64,000 bases of DNA, taken from assembly GCF_036365525.1 (NCBI RefSeq), contig NC_090386.1:62514956-62578955 (forward strand), written 5' to 3'. A program made the position numbers and the translations under genes. The notes under the pieces were generated by a model. That model ran no database searches. It was not told the DNA's origin and saw only the letters and a list, made by a program, of their open reading frames with translations. Shown here piece by piece: positions 51,129-64,000 of the stretch (position 1 is its first letter; each line of letters opens with the position of its first letter). The stretch comes from Heterodontus francisci (Eukaryota).

Positions 51129-51853
51129 GGCTGGATTCTCATTCCAGGGTCCCGATCCTGACACAGGGCTGAATTCCCAGCCGGGAGCCCAGAATTGCTG
51201 GCAGCAGGACCATGGAAGCAATTTTTGAGGAGGTGGCATCCGAAAGCCCGGTCCAATAAAGGATGGTGGGTGGTCTCCCGAGGCTGAAGGGCCAATAGAA
51301 AGCCTCCAGCATTGACAGATTGGCAGTTCCACCGTCAGAGGTGGGAGCTGCCAATGTAGGTATGTGAAAGAGATGGAGGCACCGTCTGAAGACTTTTTAA
51401 AAACTTAAAATTGCAAAGAGGCCACAGCTGCCATCATGGAGGGGGAATCCCTCCACAGGAGGGTGTGGCTGCAGCTGTGGCCCTCTGCCAATCATGGTTG
51501 TAGGGGTGTTAAAGTGTAGGATGGAGCGCAGGTCCACTAGTCTGCCACAATGAGGTCGCCTCCATACCTCGGCCATGTTTCGACCTCAGCAGGGAGCCCA
51601 CCTGCCGATTGGAAAATTCCAGTTGGCGTCAACAGAATGGCCTTATTCGGCATTTTAGGTTGCCTAATTGGCTACCCGCCTCTAGCAGGCCAGTAGCCAT
51701 CGTCCATCAACTGCGCCCCGCCCCCCCAACCCTGATCAAGCCTGTTGAAAAATGGCCCGGAGGCGGGAAAATGCCTGCCCACCAGCCAGAAGCAGGAAAT
51801 TGCAGGCCCTCAAGCCTCCATGCTCATCTCTGCAGCCCTTTGAAAATCCAGCC
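51129..51853. mobile_element. Non-autonomous DNA transposon, superfamily uncertain (possibly PIF/Harbinger)
   Basis: 13 bp TIR with one mismatch, GGCTGGATTCTCA/TGAAAATCCAGCC, around a GC-rich non-coding interior; TSD unclear. Confidence 0.6.
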
Positions 51854-52839
51854 GAGAACTGTGGCTCTGAATTCTGGGTTGACAGCCAACAGAATATTTA
51901 TGTCTGGTGGATGTGGGCTGTGGGAGCTCATAAAATAAAAAGATGGTTACAGCAGTAGAGGGACTGTAGACATCATGGTCTGTTTGATTCTTAATCAGTA
52001 GATGAAGCTTTCCACTACTTCATACTATTCTTCAAGGTAAATCTGTCTTTCTCCTTCATGTAAATACGTTACTTAAGACTTCCTTTTTCAACAACATCCC
52101 AAGAAGCTCCTTTCAGAGACTTCCTGTCATTGGTAGAAATCTATGACAAATACAAATGTTTTCTGAAAGCAGGAAGTGAGGAACAGGAACTTCTTGAAAA
52201 CAGCTGTGAAAAAGTGAGATAAAGGGAGTAATTTTACTCCCTCCAAGTCGAGTGGGAAGGGGTATATATTTACCCATTTGTTTAATTTGTGAAACCTGAC
52301 CATGTGAACGCACTGACATCCGGTTTAACTGCTGCAGGTTTGGGGGCATCAGAGTATCCCACTCTGAAGAGGCAGATCCATGAATATAATATTTAAATGA
52401 GGCTCTGTTTGCAGGTTTTGGCAACCATATAAATTTAGTGCTGGATGGATGGGTTTGCCAGGGCTCGAGAAACCCAGCAAATAAGGGGAGTAGGAACACT
52501 GTTTGCTGGCTAGGAGTAACAGGAGTGCTTCCCCTGGCCCCTCAAACAAACCTGTCGTGATCTGCGTCCCTCCCCATTATCTTCCAAACCCCCCATCTCC
52601 CAACAATCCTGCGATCTTCAGAACCCACTTCCATCTGTCAACCTCCCCCACTATATCCTGAGATGTCCCTCCCTCCCTCCTCAGTGTCTTGCTTAGCATC
52701 CCCCAGCCATGTCCCAACTTAGTCCTCCCTCCCTCGTTGCTGTAGTCCAAACCTTGCTGGAGACATCTACCACTAGTTTTCTTGCCTCTCAAGCTGGCCG
52801 TCTGTAGGACAGGAAATGGAGTAAAAAAATGTGAATGAA

Positions 52840-53195
52840 GGGCGGCACAGTGGCGCAGTGGTTAGCACCGCAGCCTCACAGCTCCAGCGACCCGGGTTCA
52901 ATTCTGGGTACTGCCTGTGTGGAGTTTGCAAGTTCTCCCTGTGTCTGCGTGGGTTTCCTCCGGGTGCTCCGGTTTCCTCCCACAGCCAAAAGACTTGCAG
53001 GTTGATAGGTAAATTGGCCATTATAAATTGCCCCTAGTATAGGTAGGTGGTAGGGGAATATAGGGACAGGTGAGGATGTGGTGGGATTAGTGTAGGATTA
53101 GTATAAATGGGTGGTTAATGGTCGGCACAGACATGGTGGGCCGAAGGGCCTGTTTCAGTGCTGTATCCCTAAATCTAAAAAAAATCTAAATCTAA
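52840..53195 (+). mobile_element. Full-length HE1-like V-SINE
   Basis: Begins GGGCGGCACAGTGGCGCAGTGG, B box GGTTCAATTC, near-identical to 11675-12032, (TAAATC)n tail. Confidence 0.93.
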
Positions 53196-54433
53196 GCCCT
53201 GATGTTAAATTGGCAGAATCTCCATGTTTCCAGTATCTCTGATTTTCCTCCCTGCAAGCATGCACCCCAGCTCCCACTGTGCCTCTCCAAAAATATTGGA
53301 ACCAAAATGCCTACTCTCATTGCTTTCCCTCCCAGTTATTGGAAACCTAACTTTGCTCCATTACATACATTACTATAGCATAGTGACACTACGCCCATCT
53401 GAAATTTTAATGGAGAGTGGCACCCATTTAAACAGTAAGCTGTCACTCAACCACTTTTAAATCTTTCCAAATATCAGCTCTGAAATAAGAGCCCTGTTCC
53501 ACATTTTCAGTACCATAACTCCATACATAAATGCATACTATTCTACACATAAATAATAACTAAATAGACCACATTATAAGACTGTAATATAATTGACTCG
53601 CAGACTCAAATTACGTCAACAACAACTTGCTATTGTGTAGCACCTTTAAAATGTTCTAAAACACTTTACAGAGCGATAAGAAGAGGAATGGAATGCTGAG
53701 CCAGCAAGAGGGTTTGGGAATGTTTGGAGAAAAAGATGGGTTTTGAGAAAGTTTTTAAAGGATAGAGAAGTGAAGAAGCAGAAGGATTTAGGGAGGGAGG
53801 TGGCAGACCTCCAAACCAACAAAAAAAACCTTGCATTTTTCTAGCACTTCTCTCAACCTCACGACCTCCAATGGAAATTATTGAAAACAGAAGTGTTCAC
53901 AGAAACCATCTTTAAAAGAGGAACCAATGCTTTTCTTAAACAAGATAAAGCATGAACCTTTCAATATTTTTCAGGTAATTTTCCAGAAAAAAATTACTAC
54001 ATCCATGCTTAGATTCCATGGTTTTCCAACCTTTAAGATCAAGACCCAAAGCCTCCCGTCTCACTCTCCCCATCCCCAGAACCTCGCCCGCCTGTCCCTT
54101 TCCTCCACACGTCTCTACCCGCCTTATTATCTTGCGAACTTGAACTCCCTGCTCCTCCCTACCCCAATGTTTCTCTCTCACCCACACATATTCCTGAATC
54201 TCCCATATATGCCAATATCAGTTAGGGCCATGGCTCTCAATCCAGTGCAACAGAGACAATAGCACCAATAATCACAAACAACACAAGCATTCCAGCCCCA
54301 TGGATTGGCACCCCCATTCCCTCCAAGCCCTCGGACTCAACTTCCTGATTCATAAAAATGGATGCAGATGCCATGACACCACCACAGCCTTGACTTTACA
54401 CACTCTTACAAGAAATGAGCACTGCCCGCTAAT

Positions 54434-54861
54434 TCTTTTTTCTTTTTTCTTTCTCTTTTGGGCCTCCTTATCTCGAGAGACAATGGATACGCGCCTGGAG
54501 GTGGTCAGTGGTTTGTGAAGCAGCGCCTGGAGTGGCTCTAAAGGCCAATTCTGGAGTGACAGGCTCTTCCACAGGTGCTGCAGAGAAATTTGTTTGTTGG
54601 GGCTGTTGCACAGTTGGCTCTCCCCTTGCGCCTCTGTCTTTTTTCCTGCCAACTACTAAGTCTCTTCGACTCGCCACAATTTAGCCCTGTCTTTATGGCT
54701 GCCCGCCAGCTCTGGCGAATGCTGGCAACTGACTCCCACGACTTGTGATCAATGTCACAGGATTTCATGTCGCGTTTGCAGACGTCTTTATAACGGAGAC
54801 ATGGACGGCCGGTGGGTCTGATACCAGTGGCGAGCTCGCTGTACAATGTGTCTTTGGGGAT
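54434..54861 (-). mobile_element. Short 3' RTE LINE fragment with a 7 bp TSD
   Basis: Homologous to 18210-18615; cgctaat at 54427-54433 and 54862-54868. Confidence 0.92.
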
Positions 54862-55791
54862 CGCTAATACTGGCAGAGTATTGGTATAAAGGTCCAATCC
54901 ACACAAATGTATTAGCAACCCCAAAAGAGTACTATTATTTTTACAAAGGTTTCATTTGTCTTTTAATATTAGCATGTTGGTAACAAAAGCAACCAAGCTG
55001 ATTGGTAAATAATTATTCAAATCAGCAACAGGCGAATAGGAATGCTAGGAATATGCATGGTTATTTCTGTAGTGGTTCTTGCTAAAGGTGCCTGCAGTGC
55101 AAATTGAGACAGGTCAGTGAGTCAAAAGGTATCAAATTTCAGTGCTGTGCCCAGATTATGGAGCCTGGGCTCATCTGTAACTTTTAGCAATGAGTTCTAA
55201 ATTATGGACCAAGATAACGGACCAAGACTTTCCATTTCACCTATGATCTTTACTGTGAGCTGAGAAAGTATTTTATTCGATGAATTTCTACTCTACTCAA
55301 CTTTGTTTAGCTAACTTCTCCCCATCACAACTATATATTACTGACGAATTGTACTTTGAAGTGTTTTCTCAACAGTCATGTCTGTTGCTAAATTCTTCAG
55401 CTGTTTCTGAGATAGTGTAGATATTGGAATCAAACCAAAGAGTTAAATTAAAGACAGACTATTAATACACCGATACATCTGCTCACCATAAATTGAAGTG
55501 ATTTTGAGACTGTGCAGGTGTGCAGGACACTAACTATCACAAGTACCAAGAATATTTTTCAGGAGGCTTATTTAAGCCTTCTGGTTCACCTTTTTTGATT
55601 TGCAGTAAAGTGCATCCTCAGTAAAATACTTTCTTGATGATTGGATCCTCGTTGCTATTTTGATCTTCAAACATTCATTGTCTGGGATTCCACGACTGGG
55701 AACATTATAACAATAATGTATCTATTTTCTTTAGTTGCAAAAATCATATTTTAAATCAACATTCTTATCAAAGAGCAGTGATATAGTTGGT

Positions 55792-58776
55792 ACAGCAATG
55801 TGGTTGATGCTTAAATGCCCTCTGAAATGGCCGAGCAAGCTACTCAGTTGTATCAAACTGCTACAAGATCGAAGAAAAGGAATGAAACCAGACGGACCAC
55901 ACAGCATCGACCTAGGCACCGGAAACGACAACGGCAAACCCAGCACTGTCGACCCTGCAAAGTCCTCCTTACTAACATCTGGGGGCTTGTGCCAAAATTG
56001 GGAGAGCTGTCCCACAGACTAGTCAAGTAACAGCCCGCCATAGTCATACTCACGGAATCATACCTTGCAGACAATGTCCCAGACACCACCATCACCATCC
56101 CTTGATATATCCTGTCCCACTGCAGGATAGGCCCACCAGAGGTGGCGGGTGGACAGTCGGGAAGGAATTGCCCTGAGAGTCCTCAACATTGACTCTGGAC
56201 CCCATGAGGTCTCATGGCATCAGGTCAAACATGGGCAAGGAAACCTCCTGCTGATTACCACCAACTGCCCCCTCTCAGCTGATGGTGCTTCCCCATGTTG
56301 AACACCACTTGGAAGAAGCACTGAGGGTAGCAAGGGCACAAAATGTACTCTGGGTGGGAGACTTCAATGTCCATCACCAAGAGTGGCTCGGTAGCACCAC
56401 TATTGACCGAGCTGGCCAAGTCCTAAAAAACATAGCTGCTAGACTGGGTCTGTGGCAGGTGGTGAGGGAACCAAGAGGAAAAAACATACTTGACCTCATC
56501 CTCACCAATCTACCTGTTGCAGATGCATCTGTCCATGACAGTATTGGTAGGAGTGACCACCGCACAGTCCTTGAGGAGACCAAGTCCCGTTTTCATACTG
56601 AGGGTACCCACCATCGTGTTGTGTGGCACTGCTGCCATGCTAAATGGGATAGATTTCGAACAGATCTGGGAACTCAAAATTGGACATCAGCAACAGCAGA
56701 ATTGTATTCAACCACAATCTGTAACCTCATGGCCCGGCATATCCCCCACTCTACCATTACCATCAAGCCAGGGACCAAACCTGGTTCAATGAAATGTGCA
56801 GGAGGGCATGCCAGGAGCAGCACCAGGCAAACCTCAAAATGAGGTGTCAGCCTGACGAAGCTATAACACAGGACTAATTGCATAACAAACCATGGAAGAA
56901 GCATGCAATAGACAGGGCTAAACACTCCCACAACCAACGAATCAGATCTAAGCTCTGCAGTCCTGCCACATCCAGTTGTGAATGGTGGTGGACAATTAAA
57001 CAACTAACAGGAGAAGGAGGAGGCTCATAAATATCCCCATCCTCAACGATGGGGGAGCCCAGCACATCAGTGCCAAAGACAAGGTTGAAGCATTTGCATC
57101 CATCTACAGCTAGAAGTACCAACTGGATGATCCATCTCGGCCTCCTCCTGAGATTCTCAGCATCACAGATGCCAGTCTTCAGTCAATCCGATACATTCCA
57201 CGTGATATCAAGAAACAGCTGAAGGCACTGGAAAATGTAAAGGCTATGGGCCCTGACAACATTCCGGCAATAGTACTGAAGACTTGTGCTCCAGAACTAG
57301 CCGCGCCCCCTAGCCAAGTTGTTCCAGTACAGCTACAACACTGGCATCTACCTGGCAATGTGGAAAAGTGCCCAGGGATGTCCTGTGCACAAAAAGCAGG
57401 ACAAATCCAACCCGGCCAATTTCCGCCCTATCAGTCTACTCCTGATAATCAAAGTGATGGAAGGGGTCGTCGACAGTGCTATCAAGTGACACCTGCTCAG
57501 CAATAACCTGCTCACTGATGCTCTGTTTGGGCTCCGCAGGGGCCATTCAACTCCTGTCCTCATTACATCCTTTGTCCAAACATGGACAAAAGAGTTGAAC
57601 TCCAGAGGTGAGGTGAGAGTGACTGCCCTTGACATCAAGGCAGCATTTAACTGAGTATGGGATCAAGGAGTCAATGGGAATCGGGGGGAAACTCTCCGCT
57701 GGTTGGAGTCATACCTAGCACAAAGGAAGATGGTTGTGGTTGTTGGAGGTCAATCCTCCCATTCCCAGGACATCACTGCAGGTGTTCCTCAGGGTAGTGT
57801 CCTGGGCCGAACTATCTGTGACTGTTTCATAAATGACCTTCCCTCCATCATAAAGTCAGAAATGGGGATGTTTGCTGATGACTGCACAATGTTCAGCACC
57901 ATTTGCGACTCCTCAGATACTAAAGCAATCCATGTCCATATGCAGAAAGACCTGGACAACATCCAGACTTGGGCTGATAAGTGGCAAATAACATTCACGC
58001 CACACAAGTGCCAGGTAATGACCATCACCAACAAGAGAGAATCTAACCATCTCCCTGTGACATTCTATGGCATTACTATCGCTGAATCTCCCATTATCAA
58101 CATCCTGGGGTTCACCATTGACGAGAAACTGAACTGGACCAGCCACATAAATGCTGTGGCTACAAGAGCAGGTTAGATCCTGGGAATTCTACAGCGAGTA
58201 GCTCACCTCCTGTTTCCCCAATGCCTGTCCACCATCTACAAGGCATAAGTCAGGAGTGTGATGGAATACTCTCCACTTGCCTGGATGGGTGCGGTTGCAA
58301 CAACACTCAAGAAGCTCAACACCGTCCACGACATAGCAACCTGTTTGATTGGCACCCCATCCACCACCTTCATCATTCACTCCCTTCACCACTGACACAG
58401 AGTGGCAGCAGTGTGTACCATCTACAAGATACACTGCAGCAACTCACCAAGGCTTCTTCCACAGCACCTTCCAAACCCACAGCCTCTTCCACCTAGAAGG
58501 ACAAGGGCAGCAGATGCATGGGAACACCACCACCTGCAAGTTCTCCTCCAAGCCACACACCATCCTGACTTGGAACTATATCGCTGTCCCTTCACTGTTG
58601 CTGGGTCAAAATCCTGGAACTCCCTTCCTAACAGCACTGTTGGTGTACATACACCCCAAGGACTGTCACGGTTCAAGAAGGTAGCTCACTACCACCTTCT
58701 CCAGGGCAATTTGGGATGGGCAATAAATGCTGGCCTAGCCAGCAAGACCCACATCCCCCGAACTAATATGAAAAAG
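55792..58776 (+). mobile_element. Near full-length copy of the tRNA-headed single-ORF LINE (disrupted)
   Basis: KVLLTNIWGL, LWVGDFNVHH, GRSDH, GVPQGSVLG and FADDCT motifs. Starts inside the SINE-shared leader and ends in the family tail. Confidence 0.93.
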
Positions 58777-59496
58777 ATTCCAAGCCAAATATCACCATGG
58801 AAGAGCGTATTAAACTAACTGCAGCAGGAATGTATCTTCAATGCAAGATCTTCATGTTCTGCATCTGTCATTTTAACACCCTCCTTTGTTTGATGAGTAA
58901 TCCTTCGCGGAATGGTTCTCCACACAGCCATTTCATTCATTTGGAAGTGAACCAGACTCTCACTTATGCAATACAAGAGGCTCTTTGCTGAGTCTCGAAA
59001 AAGACCAAGTACATAGAAATCAGTATCACCTAGACAGGGCCTACCTTTGTACTACTGCAAGGGTCTGCCTTTATTCTTCACCTGCAAACTATATTTCAAC
59101 AGTCGACAACATGTTTCATTTGCATGAAATATGAAATAGTTCTGCCCATTCACATGGATGATTCCAAGCATCAGTTAATGGTACTAGAGGTCAAAATGAT
59201 CTGCAATTTTTTTTAAAATTGGACTTATCTGGGACTATCCTGCAGCAATGCCTGCAATCTTAATAACAAACTGCAGGCATGGGAGTAGCAGTTTTAAACA
59301 GTTGTATAGGCTCACTCAGTGTGAAATATCAACAGGGTGGGTCTGCATGCATGACACATCCAGAAGGGGAGTAGGTGGGAGGTAGGCTGGTACAAAGGGT
59401 GGGAAGCAGGCAGGATCGAAGACAAGAAGAGGGAGCAAGGTGGATGGTGGCATTGCAATTGTGGCTAGAATTGTCCTGGGACAGTTTCTACTCTAA

Positions 59497-59790
59497 TCAA
59501 CAACTTGCATTTATATAGCACTTATAACCGTAGTGAAATGTACCAAGGTGCTTTACAGGAGTGTTAACAAAGAGAATTTGACACTGAGCCACAAAAGGAG
59601 ATATTTGGACAAGTGAAGTGGGTTTTAAAGATAATCTTCAAGGAGGAGAGAGAGCAAGAGAGGTGGAGAGAAGGAATTCCAGAGCTTAAGGCCGAGGCAG
59701 CTGAAGGCATAGCCATCAATTATGGAGCAATTAAAATTGGGGATGCACAAGAAGCTATCATTGGAGGAGCACAGAGGTCTCACAAGCAGT
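59497..59790 (-). mobile_element. L2 3' fragment
   Basis: Homologous to 10200-10500 (caacaacttgcatttatatagc...). Confidence 0.7.
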
Positions 59791-59937
59791 GCTGTAAAGT
59801 CACTTAACTCATGGATTCAGTCCTTCATGCCACCTTTCAACTATCGTGTTTCCTAAGACCTAGGAAACCCAGCCATCTGTGGTTAAAAATAGAAGCACTG
59901 TTAAAATGAAAGCATGCACCCTCATTAAAATATTTAA

Positions 59938-62176
59938 TTTTTTTTTTATTTCCAAAATATACTTTATTCATAAAAATCTGTAAAAATTACATTGCCAAAC
60001 AGTTTCCAAACAGCACCAAAAAATACAAACATTGCAAGGGAGATCAGTTTCCTTCAATACTGTCATGAGTTTCTTCCCAACCCTTCCGTTTCACAATTGT
60101 CATGTCAATTACAGTTTTACATTTACAGCAATTGAGAATATTAACGATACAGTTCGAGGGGTTTCCCATGGATCCAGCCCCTCAGTCCAGCTTGGTGGGG
60201 GAACCTTACACTGTGCTCTTTCCCCATTGAGCCTTTGCTGCGGCTGCCCCAAGCTTTAGTGCGTCCCTCAGCACGTAGTCCTGGACCTTGGAATGTGCCA
60301 GTCTGCAACATTCGGTGGTGGACAACTCTTTGCGCTGGAAGACCAGCAAGTTTCGGGCAGACCAAAGGGCGTCTTTCACCGAATTGATAGTCCTCCAGCA
60401 GCAGTTGATGTTTGTCTCGGTGTGCGTCCCTGGGAACAGCCCGTAGAGCACAGACTCCTGTGTTACAGAGCTGCTTGGGATGAACCTTGACAAAAACCAC
60501 TGCATCTCTTTCCACACCTGCTTTGCAAAGGCACATTCCAGGAGGAGGTGGGCGACCGTCTCTTCCCCACCACAGCCAACGCGGGGGCACTGTGCGGAGG
60601 GGGCGAGACTTCGGGTGTGCATGAAGGATCTGACGGGGAGGGCCCTTCTCACCACCAGCCAAGCTACGTCTTGGTGCTTGTTTGAAAGTTCTGGTGATGA
60701 GGCATTCCGCCAAATGACTTTGACGGTCTGCTCGGGGAATCATCCGACATGATCCACCGTTTCCTTTTCCCGTAGGGCCTTGAGGACATTCCGTGCAGAC
60801 CACTGCCTGATGGACCGGTGGTCAAAAGTGTTTTCCCGCAGAAACTGCTCCACGAAGGATAGGTGGTACGGCACCGCCCAACTGCATGGAGCGTTCCGCG
60901 GCAATGTGACCAGGCCCATCCTTCGCAACACCGGGGACAGATAGAACCTCAGCACGTAGTGACACTTGGAGTTTGCGTACTGGGGATTTACACACAGCTT
61001 GATGCAGCCGCACACGAAGGTGGTCATCAGGATGAGGGCCACGTTGGGTACATTTTTCCCGCCCTTGTCCAGAGATTTGAACATCGTGTCCCTCCGGACC
61101 CGTTCCATTTTAGATCCCCAGGCGAAGCGGAAAATGGCTCGGGTGACTGCCACGGCGCAGGAGTGGGGTATGGGCCAGACCTGCGCCACGTAGAGCAACA
61201 ACGTGAGCGCCTCGCACCTGATGACCAGGTTCTTACCCACAATGGAGAGAGATCGCTGCCCCCACATGCCCAACTTTTGTCGTACCTTGGCTACTCGCTC
61301 CTCCCATGTTTTGGTGCACGCCCCGGCCCTTCCGAATCATATCCCCAGCACCTTCAGGTAATCTGACCTGACGGTGAAGGGGACACGGGATCGGTCAGCC
61401 CAGTTCCCAAAGAACATGGCCTCGCTCTTGCCGTGGTTAACTTTGGCTCCCGAGGCCAGTTCGAACTGGTCGCAGATGCTCATCAGTCTGCGCACGGACA
61501 GCGGATCCGCGCAGAAGACGGCGACGTCTTCCATGTACAGGGAGGTTTTGACCTGAGTGCCTCCGCTGCCTGGGATTGTCACCCCTCTTATGCTCGCATC
61601 CTTCCTAATAGACTCAGCAAAGGGTTCAATACAGCAAACAAACAAGACAGGGGAGAGAGGACAGCCCTGTCTGACTCCAGATTGGATCGGGAAACTTTCC
61701 GATTCCCACCCGTTGATTGAGACTGCGCTACTGATGTTTGTGTAGAGCAGTTGGATCCAATTGCAGATTCCCTCCCCAAACCCCATTTTGGAAAGCACGT
61801 CCATCATGTAGGTGTGCGATATCCTGTCAAAAGCCTTCTCCTGGTCCAGGCTGATGAGGCAGGTGTCCACCCTCCTGTCCCGTACGTAGGCGATCGTATC
61901 CCTGAGTAGCGCGAGACTATCAGAGATCTTCCTGCCGGGTACAGTACAGGTCTGATCGGGGTGAATCACCAGCTCCAGAGCAGACTTGACTCGACTGGCT
62001 ATGACTTTGGACAGAATCTTGTAATCAACATTAAGCAGTGAGATGGGCCCCCAATTTCTGATTTCTGCCCTCTCCCCCTTCTGCTTGTAAATGAGGGTGA
62101 TGATGCCTTTTCTCATGGATTCTGACATGCTGCCGGCCAGGAGCATACTCTCGTATACTTCCAGCAGGTCCGGGCC
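59938..62176 (-). mobile_element. 5'-truncated Tx1/L1-clade LINE ORF2 (RT + C-terminal zinc knuckle)
   Basis: ISLLNVDYKILSK, LDQEKAFDRI, GVRQGCPLSP, LYMEDV and C-terminal CPRVGCGGEETVAHLLLEC. Three collinear ORFs in one frame; AATAAA and polyA. Confidence 0.93.
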
Positions 62177-62749
62177 ATGACCAACCCCTCCCCCCTCCTA
62201 CGAGCACATTGGTCTCTCACTCCTCAACTCACCTCTATTTATACCAGAAGTGGGCGGGTTTGAGGTCAGTTGGCTTCCTGTTGCAGATTTTAAAATGTTA
62301 ACTTTTGTCCTGATCTCAAGCCACCCATTTTTGGAAGTTACGATACAGCCCATTGAACCTTTTCATACTCTGAGTTTTCATTTGTTCAACATGCATGCTA
62401 AAGAAAAGCAGCACAAAAGCAAAGTTGATCAATGTATTCCTTTTTGAATTGGCCCCAATTATACATTCTAACTTTTTCTAATGCTGAAGGGGATGTAATA
62501 CAAATGATAATGGTTTTATCCTGGAACTTTCTCCCAAGGGATGTACTTTCAGTGGTGAAATATTTTTCAAACCTGTGTCACACCAATATGCTTTGTTGAA
62601 TGATAATTTTCTTTAATCCACCGACTGAAGATCTGAATTTATATTTCTTTTGAAGACATTTAAAAAAGAACAGATAAAAAGTGACTTTGCTAGCATCTTT
62701 GGATGGCCACCTAATTCGCAACATTATATCCTGCATTGCAAGGCCTGTG

Positions 62750-63532
62750 AGGGAGACAAAATGTCTGCTCATTTTGCAGCAAGTGCCAAGACCCAGGAAG
62801 TTTAAGGGAACTACGTGTTCTTTTTAGCAAGAAGAGAAACTATGTTTAAATCACTGGGTGACTGTCATGTGACAAACCCTCCCCATCTGTCATTTTAAGC
62901 TTGCGTTTCTCTACAGCAACAAGGAGAAGCTTCTTGACTCTGACACATGCAGACCCAAGTGGGGGTCGCTCTCTCTCTCTCTCCATTCCAGCTTGAAAGT
63001 TTCAAATCCTGCTTGTTGACTGACCACCTTTGCATACTCTGGCTATAATCAGAAACCCCATTGGAGGAAATCATCTGTATCGCTGTCTCCAAGAGACCCA
63101 CCAAACCAGTTGTCTACCTCTTCAAACTAAAAGACTCAGGACCACTGAACTCAGGTAGAAGCCAGCTGAATCAAACGCCATAGACTGTATACCTCTTTTT
63201 TCTATGGACTCTAACTCAACCAATCTATCTTTCCCCACTTTTTAACCTAATGGTGTGTCTGTAAATCTTTAGTGTGTTTGTGTGAATGCAAGTTGGTGCA
63301 TAGTTTATTATTTTCATTAGTTTGGTTTAGGTACAATAAAGTTAACCTTTTTCTTTGTTAACTCAAGAAAACCTGTCTGATTGGTTCTTGTTATGATCAT
63401 AGCAAGTAAGTAATCAAACACCTACTGAATTGGCCAGTACATCCACTTTAAGAAAGAATTGAACCTGTTGTGGTCAAACAAGGAGAGGGAAAAGAGGGAC
63501 GCCCTTCGACCACTCCTCACTTGACTGTAATA
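62750..63532 (+). mobile_element. LTR-like element related to the 7098 family; left boundary uncertain
   Basis: The 3' ~230 bp (aataaagttaacc...aaacctgtctgattggtt...cctcacttgactgtaata) resembles the reverse complement of 7098-7300. Confidence 0.55.
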
Positions 63533-63780
63533 CCAGCTAAATAATAAATGACCATATTTCTGTGCTCTAGTGAAGTCAGACAATCAAGTTCATAATGGAT
63601 ATGTAATGGATACTAATAAATAATACTAATATTAATAATACTAATAAAAATGGTGTTTGGATATGGCGAGAAGCTAATTTAAAAATCATAATACCTAGTT
63701 CTTGTGTTGTAAATATTTTGTTGACCATTTTATGGATCATATGTTGTGACCCAAACACAATAGGTACCAATAAAAAATAT

Positions 63781-63880
63781 CATCAACGCAAACTCGAGGA
63801 GCAGCACCTGATCTTTTGACTAGGCACTCTACAGAGTGGCGGACTGAACATTGAGTTCAATAATTTCAGAGCATGACTGG
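63781..63880 (+). mobile_element. Penelope GIY-YIG C-terminal fragment
   Basis: QRKLEEQHLIF*LGTLQSGGLNIEFNNFRA, homologous to 810-895. Confidence 0.75.
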
Positions 63881-64000
63881 CCTTTTCTTATATTTTTCTA
63901 TTTTTTAAATTATTTTATTTTATATTTGAACCATGTGCCTGTTTTTCATGTAGACAGAGCTGCTCATTCTTCTGCCATTAACACTCTCTCTGAAACAATG

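Noticed and set aside
52840-52910. tRNA-like sequence as a possible tRNA gene (also 11675, 9620-9713, 43420-43506)
   Set aside because: Each continues into a SINE or LINE body, with no complete cloverleaf or T-run terminator.
60141-61366. Overlapping alternative-frame ORFs (220 aa minus, 167 aa plus) in the Tx1 element
   Set aside because: Expected by-products of GC-rich coding sequence; no independent motifs.

Overview
This is vertebrate genomic DNA, almost certainly from a shark or other cartilaginous fish, judged from HE1-like V-SINEs, Deu-domain SINEs and HER1/CR1 LINEs. The only host coding sequence found is the first coding exon of a P-Rex RacGEF gene (PREX1-like, minus strand, 44907-45047), set in a CpG-retaining promoter region. 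Positions 1-44906 are therefore its very long intron 1 and positions above about 46300 are upstream sequence. About half of the window is transposable elements: CR1, L2, RTE, Tx1/L1, Penelope, solo LTRs, SINEs and hAT-type MITEs. The most notable observation is an abundant ~3.2 kb single-ORF (endonuclease + RT) LINE whose full-length copy starts with a tRNA-derived Pol III head (A and B boxes). It has no ORF1 and its sense strand almost lacks TTTT runs. A ~400 bp SINE in the same window is this LINE's 5' end joined to its 3' tail. Repeat boundaries were placed by eye and are approximate unless a TSD or TIR is quoted.
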